Part shown: positions 53,469 through 63,793 of the stretch, in pieces
Position numbering within the stretch: the stretch's first letter is position 1
Layout: each line of letters opens with the position of its first letter
NCBI RefSeq assembly: GCF_000002075.1
Contig: NW_004797513.1
Coordinates: forward strand, 80,539 to 144,538
Origin: Aplysia californica
Taxonomy: Eukaryota
Length of the DNA: 64,000 bases
Direction of reading: 5' to 3'
The notes under the pieces: model-generated
What the model was told of the DNA's origin: nothing
What the model saw: only the letters and a program-made list of their open reading frames with translations
Database searches by the model: none
Position numbers and translations under genes: made by a program

Positions 53469-55719
53469 TTCTGAATACTGTCTATCGGTGTGGTCGATCA
53501 AATTGACCAAAACAAAGTTTTAAAATGATGTTAAAACACAAAAGTATATTAATTTGGTTGTCTACAAAGATGCTACGGCTATTTAACTTTTCGAATCGAG
53601 CCGAACTACGCAGGTCGCCATTTTGTTTTGCCCGGAAATTCTCGCGCTACTCCTCTCTCTCTTTCTCTCTCTCTCCACCGCCCACAGACAAAATTGTACG
53701 CTTTTAGTAGGCTACAGTTGTAATGGAACGTTTGTTCACGGCACAGAATTCTACAATTTTTCTGTTATCACAGTGTAGAATTCTGTGGTTTAGGGTGAAC
53801 GCAAAATTTNNNNNNNNNNNNNNNNNNNNNNNNNNNNNNNNNNNNNNNNNNNNNNNNNNNNNNNNNNNNNNNNNNNNNNNNNNNNNNNNNNNNNNNNNNN
53901 NNNNNNNNNNNNNNNNNNNNNNNNNNNNNNNNNNNNNNNNNNNNNNNNNNNNNNNNNNNNNNNNNNNNNNNNNNNNNNNNNNNNNNNNNNNNNNNNNNNN
54001 NNNNNNNNNNNNNNNNNNNNNNNNNNNNNNNNNNNNNNNNNNNNNNNNNNNNNNNNNNNNGTTAACTCTTTGGAGACGTAACGGACACATATGTCCGATT
54101 ATTTGCAGAGAAAAGTAAAGATTTTGGCACTTTTTGAACCATCATACACAAATCAGAAAAATAATTTTGCATATATTTCACAGTATGCACACTATTTTAA
54201 GCCTTTTAACATTTCAGATAAAGGAAATAAAATAGAAATATATGTTTCACCGGTGAAGTTCTGCCTCAAAACAGAGAATCTCAAAGCCTTGGCGAATGAC
54301 CAGAGTGAGTCTTCAATGAGTTTAAAACATGTAGAATGAGAATGATGTCTCTTGTATCGTTGAATAACAAAAGTTATCCCACTAGTGTGCCATGGTCTTT
54401 TTTGTGATAAAATGCGAACGTAATTCATTGTCATGTGACGAATCGATACGCTCTGTTACTGGTGTGATCTTCCTTTGTTATAATAGCCAATAAAACCTCA
54501 CAAAAAAGCTGCAACAACAAAAATGCAATGCATTTAAGTAAGGTTCGTTGTAGGCCAGTCTAGTGAGTACAGTGCGAGAATGCACCAACGCATAGTCTAT
54601 CGCCGCTTTTCGTATTGACCCTCCGGGAACGTGGTCGGCCTCCAATGCCGAGGCCAGTCGTGCGGGCTGTATGGTCTGAGAAAGCCTAGGCCTGCGTTCA
54701 TAATTAGACCAAACTCTCTGGTTTGATCGTCAGGGCACCACAAATGATCCGACTTGGCAATCAGCTCCCCACACACTGCGATTGCATTCATGTCTCGTTC
54801 AGCTTCAGTCTTGTCCATTTTAAGATGTTTACTTTCTTCTCTTTCTTTGTCTGCCTCTCGTTCTCTCTCTTTTAGTTTTAATTTCGTCCTACGGGATAGA
54901 TCTAGTCTTTACAAGCCCAATATTGTTGTCGTGTTTGCTTTGCCTCTCTTCATCGTGGCTTTGTTTTTCACTTCATCATTGTCTAAAATCTTTGTAAGCA
55001 TCTCATCTGTGGAACATTTGCCGTCATTTCTATTTCTGCTTAAGGCCCCAAGACGCATAGACATGCAAGACTTAATTATTGTGGTGGCCAAGACGGACAG
55101 AAGACTAATATTGGAGCAGAATTGCCACCTGTCTCTCCAATGCCTTCCCAGACTGCGCCTGTACCTGACTGAAAATCCCCCTGAGACTCTGAGGGCGAAC
55201 AAAATCTCGAATTGAGGTCGACTGGTCACTGTCCGACCGAGCTGTTCCTGATGTTAGAATGGTCTTTCGGAGATTCTGATCTCCCAATATCGTGTACGCT
55301 GTCTGTGCAATCCTGGAATTTAAAGTACTTGTCAATATTGTATTTCAGGGTTAAATCTGGCCCATATTTCATACCAATGTTTGTCTATTTGTCTGTATAG
55401 TTGAGATCATCGCAGGAGGTATCCTACATGTCAACAGCTGCTCGTTTCTTTCCATAACACTGTTCCTTAATACATTTACTGTTTCCAGCTCCATAATGTT
55501 GACCCCGTGCCAATGCTCTTGCCATTGATTTTTTTTTTCGTGATCATCACTGGTCTCATATATCTTATCTCCTCGCCGGTGTAGATTATTGAAGTCTTTT
55601 CCTGTTTGTGATAGGCTGTCAATATAGGAGGGTGAGAAACGTGAACCACAGGTGTGTGTCAGCAGACTGATATCATATCTCACCACCATCTGGTTTCCAT
55701 CCGCACGGGTCGCACCACA

Positions 55720-56088
55720 CATCATCATCATCATCATCACCATTGTCTTTCTCACCCTGCAACAGGGTATAGGCCACGGACAAACACCTTCCACCTTTCT
55801 CTATCCTGGGCTAGCCTCTTGATGTTTTTCCATGTCTTCCCACTTTTCTGTACATCCTTTTGGCTTTGTCCGCTGTCCTTCTTTGTTCCTGCTGACGCAG
55901 AAGCTCCTCCGTCTCCCAAGATCGAAAAATAAAAAGCTGTGTTTGTCCGTGTTTCTGTAACTTACTGGTTTTTACTGGGTTGGGTAGTTCGCCCTCCGCA
56001 AACTGGCACTTTTCGGGCGACGAGACCTTTGCACTTTTAGTCGCCTCTTACGACACGCAGTATCACGGCAGGTATTCTTTGCTCCCCC
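55720..56088 (-). mobile_element. Bipartite RTE-derived non-autonomous element
   Basis: A 5'-UTR-like part with gtcgtaagaggcgactaa is fused to an RTE ORF end (WKNIKRLAQDRERWKVFVRGLYP) and a (GAT)n tail. Confidence 0.75.
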
Positions 56089-56442
56089 ATAGTAAAACTA
56101 TGGGGCCATAGTAAAACTATGCCCTCCCCCCCCCCCCCCCCACACACACACACGGTCAACAATAATTAAAGGCGCCCTCTCTGTGGGATGGGGGGCCTAG
56201 TTTTACTGTAGGTCCTACACTAGGTCACAGGTGGAAGAGAATATGGAAGAAGTGGGTTAGAATGAAGGAGAAGGGAGGTACACCAAAGAAGGAATACATG
56301 TAGCACATAGATCCTGGAGGGTTGGATCCACCTCCTGTAGACGGGTATGGGCCTACTGGTACATGAAGGCCTATACCCTATACCTGAATTAAGTCAAGAT
56401 CCTGTCAAGATAATGGATTTTGAAATGTAGACATAATATTAT

Positions 56443-56930
56443 GGGGCTCTCGTGGCTTGAGATTAAAGTGTTCGCCTTTCATTTAAAAGGTCCCGGGTTC
56501 GAACCCGGAAAGTCTTCTTATATAATTTTTTTTCTCCTTTCACATCCTTTCCTGCTCTCTAACAATGTTCTGTCGTCTGCATTCGTCTCCCGTTTCTGCA
56601 CCCACCCCGTCACAGTCTCATTTGCCCCTCCGCTGGACATCTGACTCTTTCTACTGTTACGCCTTGGCTCCTTATTCTTACTGCTGTCTTTCAGCCACAC
56701 CCCCGATCTTCTGGCAGGAATAAAGAGCTACACCTATCCTTCTTGGACAAGGATAAAAAATCTAGGAGGTCCCGTATGCAAGTTGCGCACGCTAAAGATC
56801 CACTGGTGGTCCAAAATCGATAAGAGTAGGCTCCGGGCACAATTCAAAATTTCTACCCAGCGGAAAATGTTTAATGTGTCCAGCACGCTCATATGACCCT
56901 ATGCAGTTGAGAGCGCCGTAAAACACTGAA
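56443..56930 (+). mobile_element. SINE family A, copy 5
   Basis: A/B-box head, body and tail cgctcatatgaccctatgcagttgagagcgccgtaaaac. Confidence 0.9.
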
Positions 56931-56941
56931 AAGACATATTA

Positions 56942-57945
56942 CGAGGTGTGTCTCAGAATAAAGTTTCCCTGTCATGCTGTCCACACATATAATTATAAAT
57001 CACCTTGTATTTGGTATCAACTGAAAGCTTATTCAAATACCTATTCAATGTAGGAACCATCAAGTTCAAGACATTTCTCCGTTTGATGTACCCAGCGGTC
57101 AAAGACAGGGGTCTGTGATCGTTTGTCCAAGGTCCCGAGCGCTTTTCTCATAGCCTCTTGAATCTGGTCCTCGTCCTCAAATCTCCGACCTCGCAGTATT
57201 TCTTTCTCCTTGGGGAAGAGGTGGAAGTTGCATGGGGCGAGATCGGGCGAATAGGTCGGGTGTTCCAATAATTCCTACAAGTAGCTCTCGAGAAGCTCGT
57301 TCACAACTCTGGACTTGTGAACAAGCGTGTTGTCATGATGCAGAACGACGCCTTCTTCAAGCAAAGCGGCTCTTTTTTCTAGATCGCAGGTCTCAGATTG
57401 TCTTTGAGGACGAACCTGTAGTAGTCACCATTGACAGTAACGCCAGGTGTGACTAGCCAGCTCAGCATGAAGCCACTCATGTCGAAAAAAACAACAATGT
57501 GCATCACCTTTCTCTCTCCGTGCTTTCTGTGTGCGCTTCATCTTTCATGTCAGATCTCCCACATTCAACTTCCCTAATCCATTTCCTCACAGTTTGAATT
57601 TGATGTGGCATTATTTATTCCCTATTAGTTTGTATAGATCACCTTGGGTTTCAACTGCAGACTTGCCGAGAAGAATTGAAAATTTGATCCCAACTCAGAC
57701 ATCGTAAAACGAGAAGGTTGCACCAGTGTTTCGCTAAGCCATTTTCCTCTGATTTGCCTTGGACAAAGTGCAGTAGTACACCACACTTGACACGTCACAG
57801 TTCTATGACCCGTTCACCAATGCACTTGCAATTTGGCTTTGAGATTTCTAAGACATGATGTCATGACGTCGCAAGCTTTAGTGGCTGTTGGTCGAGTACT
57901 TTTGATTTTATGGAGGAGGGAAACTTTATTCTGAGACAGACCTCG
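56942..57945 (-). mobile_element. Defective mariner element
   Basis: TA-flanked TIRs of about 29 bp (cgaggtgtgtctcagaataaagtttccct / agggaaactttattctgagacagacctcg); transposase remnant HPTYSPDLAPCNFHLFP...LRGRRFED. Confidence 0.93.
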
Positions 57946-59086
57946 TATCATTATCGAGCTCAGCCTCCACTTTAACTATTTCATCGCAAAAGAACCCTCG
58001 ATCAAAAGCCTTAATTTCCAACATAGCAGGCATGTATTAGTCAACACCATATANNNNNNNNNNNNNNNNNNNNNNNNNNNNNNNNNNNNNNNNNNNNNNN
58101 NNNNNNNNNNNNNNNNNNNNNNNNNNNNNNNNNNNNNNNNNNNNNNNNNNNNNNNNNNNNNNNNNNNNNNNNNNNNNNNNNNNNNNNNNNNNNNNNNNAC
58201 CAAAGTGCGGGTTTTCTTTAGATTCTATACTTTTTTGAGTAACTCCACTATTTTTCAACTAATCTTCATGAAATTTACATAGAAAGAAGAGAAGATGTAG
58301 TAACAGTCAGTAATTACTATAATTTTAAAATCGTCTGTAGAATTATCACTATAATTATGTAACATCCTTTTGCTGGTGGTGTCTGGAGCGGATGGACTTT
58401 CAACTGACTTTTCTTGATTCAATTCCTCTTCAAAAATTCCATTAATTCAAACAAAATTCGTTTACGAAAATTCAACAGACCATTATAATTTTATGGAACC
58501 ATTTTTGATAAGATAACAGGCAAAAGTAACGATACCTATAGGGCCTAAATATATATAGTGCGGTAAAAAAAAATTCGTGGCGCAATATTATTATGTCAAA
58601 TATTTCCTTTAACATAATAATATGGGTTCTTAACTTTTGCACAATGACTTGTATAGTCTATCAATTTGTCATTACAGATCAATGTTTTTGCAAATACCTG
58701 CTGTATTGATGTATGTAGAAATGATTTCTAACATCCAAGTGCGAGGGGTTACATTTCCTTTTTTAAAAACTTAAACAGATTTTAAAAGGTTTATTACAGC
58801 TGGGATTGCTATGAATGGCAAGTCAGTCATTCCCCCCCCCCCCCCCCTTTTTTTTTTTATTGTGACACTATCTTTATTGAATGCATGTTTTGAGAACCTA
58901 ATACAAAAAATTAATGTGTTCAAAATAAAGTTAATTTCTTGTAACTATTAGTTTTGCCACTAAAAAGTGTCACTGGTGTGCTGTGACATCCATGCATGTG
59001 CAAACTATGTGCGTTAGAAGCGGGAAGTGCTGTGAACAATCCCATTTTCAGCGTGACGGAAATTTATTATAATTTATAATAATATA

Positions 59087-59967
59087 CTCACATTTTTAAG
59101 TATACAAATTTTGTAGCTCAATAAAACAAAATCTACGCAACCAATTACTTTCAAATTTACACACTGATTACATACCAGTCGCTGGTGGGCTGTTTTCAGA
59201 TTTCTGAACGCGCGAGTGGTTTTGTAATAGCATGCGTGTTGCATGTATAGTGGGTTTTTTTAGAATTACTCATGATACGGCAATGATTTGTTTAAAAAAA
59301 GAAGCACACTTCAAAGTTTTGTCATTTTTGTAACAATTCGCCAGGGATAAAACTTGTTTTGTCTGCGTTTCATGATGTCACGCCCTAAGAGAAAATGTGT
59401 GAAGTCAGCTTGTTGGAATGATCCGCGGGGGTGCCATAGTATCCACTGTTGCGAGACATTTTAATGTAACACGAAGAACTGTGTCCTCATTAATGGATGG
59501 TGAGAAAACAACAAAATCAGGAAAGAATCGACACCGCCAACGTGGGAGAGAAAAAAAACTACTCCAAGAGAGGATCTTTTTATACGCCTTTCAAAACGGC
59601 AAGACAAACCAGAGGTGAGTTGAACTACATGCGACAACCTCAGCCTCAGACATTTTCTCAACTTGAGAGAGCGTCGCATGAAGAGTGGAATAACATCCCG
59701 CAACAGGCAGTGCAGCGATTGATTGATTCAAGGCGGCGACGATGTCAGGCCGTCATCAACCCTACTGATCGTGTTACTTTTGTAGACCGCCCCCACACTG
59801 GTGTAAGTCATGAATAAACCTGTTATGTTAACATTCCGTATTGTTGTTGCTTTTTTCGTACTTATTTAATTGAATTCGTGTTCCTGAAATTTTAAAGAAT
59901 ATCGACTCGCATTGTGAAACTAGCTATTTTCATTTTAACACAGTGTATACTTAAAAATGTGACAGAG
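59087..59967 (+). mobile_element. Internally deleted Tc1-like element, copy 2
   Basis: Same family as 14335-15241 in the opposite orientation; LERASHEEWNNIPQQAVQRLIDS...RCQAVI C-terminal remnant. Confidence 0.9.
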
Positions 59968-60349
59968 TATAGTTCGTAATTTATATAAATTTATGAAATT
60001 TTTAAAAAAAATCTAGCCTTTAATGTTGTGAAAAAATGTGATTAAGTTAAGACAAATTTATCCAATAAACTGCTGTTCAAAGTATAGGTGATGGTGATAT
60101 TGATTCACCCGTTAAAGAGACATTTGAGGATAAGTTGTGCCACGAATTTTTGACCACACAAGAGGATTTTGTTGCCTATATTGAAAATAATCGAGGTATT
60201 AACTGTACAAGATACGTCAACAAAATCCAGCATGGTCGCTGTCTCCATGGCAACGAAACTTTTTTTCTTCTAAAATTTGATTGCAGCCCCCCACCCCTGA
60301 AAACCTTGGCTAGGCCTTCTTTTATGTCCAATGGGTATTTCCAATAATG

Positions 60350-60420
60350 CTATTTCCGACCCGGAAGTACTTGGACCACACTAGCCTATCGTCGAATTGG
60401 GAAACAAATTCGGCGGGAGA
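60350..60420 (+). promoter_or_regulatory. DUT proximal promoter: ETS (CCGGAAGT 60361-60368) and E2F-like (TTCGGCGGGA 60409-60418) motifs
   Basis: Consensus matches immediately upstream of the first ATG; dUTPase genes are typical E2F targets. Confidence 0.55.
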
Positions 60421-60434
60421 TCTCACTTTTTCTG

Positions 60435-60700
60435 ATGTTTCTTCGTTGTCTGCTGCCGTTGCCGCCACCTCTTCGTGATCTATCAAGGCTCAACGTTCTT
60501 TGGAGAAAACCAAGCTGCTGGGGCGTCCACGTTTGTGATCTACGTAAAGCTCAATATTTGCATTCTTTTCCCTCCAGACGCTACTCAAGTTCAGGAAACA
60601 TGCCGAGTGAACAAATCACCTTGCAGTTTGCAAAAATGACAAACCAAGCCACAACTCCAACGAGGGGTTCCGCCTTGGCTGCTGGCTACGATTTGTACAG
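60435..60700 (+). CDS. DUT: dUTPase first coding exon; the gene continues beyond the window
   Basis: LQFAKMTNQATTPTRGSALAAGYDLY-S(AG|gt): dUTPase motif 1 with a phase-2 donor at 60700/60701; in-frame ATGs at 60435 and 60600. Confidence 0.92.
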
Positions 60701-60840
60701 GTGGGCGTAGATCAAGATGCTAGATCTCTAGAATCTTACCTCTACTCAAAATAATTAGAAAACTCACTTAAAGTTTAAGTTTTTAAAATATATAGATCTA
60801 GTATAGATCTAGATCTAGACTATGGTCGGTATTATTTTCG

Positions 60841-62176
60841 CAGTGGCCACGTTCACGGCACCCTGAATGCAGTTTGCAGGCGCTGTTGAGACTACGTTTA
60901 CGGCACGGCACTAAACTCTAAAGCTTCGTTTAGGGGGAGCATCCGGTTTTTAATTCAGCCGGTTTTAGTCAGTGACGACAGCGACGTATTTAATATTGGC
61001 CGGTGCTACTCATCCGATGTCTGGTGACTAGCGGCAGGTTACTCGCCCGATGTCGGGTAGCTAACGCCAGGCTACTCGCCCGGTCGGGTGACTGGCTTAA
61101 GGCTAGCGTCAGGCTACTCACCCAATCTAGGGTGGCTAGCGACTCAAAAAGATCCGCTTCCACCGACATCAGACCCGCTAAACCTATTTTTAGCCCCAAT
61201 GTCTTTTACAAGGGCCTAGATTCTATATAGATCTATGTATGTGGGTCAAAATATTGAAAAGGGTCCACAATTAAGTATGCGGCAAGTGGTAATATAGATC
61301 TAGATCTAGGCGATTGTCAAGATTTCCGCGTTTAATTCCGATGTGCGTTTTTCATAGCCTCAGGTATGTTTCGCTTTGGTCCCTAACCCTGGTCAGGGTT
61401 AGGGTCAGGGTCAGGGTTAGGGTTAGGGATCAAAGCGAAACATACCTGAGGCTATGAAAAACGCACATCGGAATTAAAAGCGAAAATCTTGACAATCGCC
61501 TAGATCTAGATCTAGCCTACTACAGATTTTCTAGGTCAACTAGATATTAGATTCTAGATCTAGATCTAGATCTAGATCTAGATCTACAGATTTTGGGACA
61601 AAAATTTGTGTCAACAACAGATTTTGCCCCAGGCTATTTTGGCTGGTATGACAACTTTTGGTGAGTCAACTAGATTCTAGATCTAGATCTGTAGATCTAC
61701 TGAATTCCACATATCGGAAATAGACCATCTAATCTAGATCTAGATTTAGATATAGTGCTCCGAGTTTCTGCTGTCAAAAAGTTTAACGAGTGCTTCCCAT
61801 GACAGAAAAGAAGGCAGAGTAGATCTAGATCTAGATCTAGATCTAGATCTAGGATTTTAGAAAAATGTGCAAAAAGCAGAACCCCTCCCCCCCCAAAAAA
61901 AATATTTTTTTTTTTAAATATTGGGGACACACATGATCAAAATCGAGTAAATGGGGATGCTTGAGATTTATGGCAGGGATGAGTGGCAGGTTTGGAAAAT
62001 AAACTGATTTATTATTTTTCACTCTTTTTGTCTCTCTCTCTGCCCGTACTCTGTCCTTCTTGCTCCCCCCCTATATTTTTTTCTCTGTCTCTGTCTCTCT
62101 CTCCCTCTCCCTCTCCCCACAACAGCGTCTCTATTTTATAAGGTATAATAAGTACCCATTTCGTCTATTTGCCCCC

Positions 62177-62229
<53 letters not shown>

Positions 62230-62747
62230 GCACACTGCCCACAGACAAAATTGCACGCTTTCAATTCTAGGGCGCTGGAACGTTTGTTTACACTCGTATA
62301 TCACGGGCCGTCACTTGTTAACACATGGTCGCTCCCAAGTCTCGCCCGGACGCGAGATAGGATCTGATAGGGCAATTGAAACATCTTGGTAGGTGTATAC
62401 ATTTTTGTCTTATAATTATATCCTAATGCATTGTTGCGTCATTGAGAGTTCGTCGTTTGCCCACACTGGCGAACTCTGAGCCAGAGCTCTGTGTAAGGGA
62501 AAACTATGAATGGTCGATCGGTCAAGGATCACTGCTTCGTTTTCCCTCATCTCATGGGATGGAATACTTGAAGCAGGCCAAACTATTAAATATACATGTG
62601 TACGTCACTGTCGTCACTGACTAAAACTGGTTTACTTAAATTTAAATACCAACAGTGGACACTCCGTTTAAACGAAGCTTAGTGCCGTGAATGTAGCCTC
62701 ACCAGCTCCTGCCAACTATGCTCACGGCGCCGTGAACGTAGTCACTG
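60841..62747. mobile_element. 1.9-kb TIR element with 13-bp flanking direct repeat (unclassified)
   Basis: About 90-100 bp imperfect TIRs (cagtggccacgttcacggcacc... / ...ggcgccgtgaacgtagtcactg); flanks ggtattattttcg / ggtattattttag. Confidence 0.75.
61295..61514. repeat. Near-perfect 96-bp-arm palindrome with TTAGGG/TCAGGG spacer
   Basis: Arms 61295-61390 and 61419-61514 with 3 mismatches; 28-nt loop of telomere-like repeats. Confidence 0.95.
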
Positions 62748-62922
62748 GGTATTATTTTAGTTTCACTCAAACTGGGAGGCTCTCGTGGTAAGATCTTGAT
62801 CTATGTTTTTGGAGACAAGCGCAGTGCTGATAATTTTCTGCGGATTTCCGCTTTTTTTGTTGTTTCCAAAATATTACTACCAGTGCTTCCACTCTTTTGT
62901 ATTTTTACAGAAATCCGTACTT

Positions 62923-63793
62923 CAGACCTGCCACTCATCCCGATTTAATCAGGATATCGCGATTTTTTGCCCCAAATCTCAAGCATCCCGATTTGCCCGA
63001 TTTCGATCGCCAGTATCCTGATTTTTTGTCGTTGCGTCCGATGATTCTTAGAAAAATAATACAAAGTTGTGCAATCTCTTTTGCTTGGGAGAACCGATTA
63101 GAGTTTTCATCGACAGGAACTTGGAACGCTACTTTCTGAAGCATCTATGCCGAATCTAGTAGATGACTCACGCACGTTATTTCAACTAAAACCGACGTAG
63201 TATCGATTTTGAATTCCGACATGGATACGCTCAAGATGTACTTTCGCTTTTAGGGAGCGGGTAGGGTTATTGTTTTGACACTTGGGCTTAAAGTGCGTAC
63301 CGTGATACAAGTAGAACCTACTAATTGAGGATAGAGGAATAAGAAAAAAGAAAGAAATGAACAACCTTGGTGCGATCTTTTTTTCAGGGGGGTGTGTGCC
63401 TTAAGTGTATTTGCGATGGAAGTCAAACGTTGTTACTGTATGAAAACGCGGGCTTTTTGCGTGGATGATTACAGTTATGTGTCAGCTATTTTCAAGACTA
63501 CGAGAGTTTCAGCTGTACTGCAACCTGCGCTCCCCCACTCTATCCCACTCCGACTCGAGTAATGCAGTCTTTCAGTTTTCCCTCTATTTAGTGGCCCAAA
63601 CGTGAACTTATTCCTGCAAAACTTTTCAAGTTTTCTCTTGCATACTTTCCTCATAAAAAGGAACCAGGATCCCTCTTCCCCAGTACACCTTGTGACTGAT
63701 TTGCCGTTGATCCCGATTTTTTTCACCAGATCCTGATTTTTTTACTCTAACATCCTGATTTTTAGATTTCATAGTCATAGAGTGGCAGGTCTG
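62923..63793. mobile_element. Non-autonomous hAT/P-like element with 7-bp TSD
   Basis: Perfect 14-bp TIR cagacctgccactc / gagtggcaggtctg; TSD cgtactt (62916-62922, 63794-63800); cccgattt subterminal repeats. Confidence 0.85.

Noticed and set aside
53370-53745. Promoter-like cluster (CCGGAAGT, CGCCATTTT)
   Set aside because: Part of it matches 62237-62295, so it is probably repeat-derived; no adjacent gene seen.
61004-61142. CRISPR-like palindromic repeats
   Set aside because: Tandem units without unique spacers, eukaryotic intron context, no cas genes.
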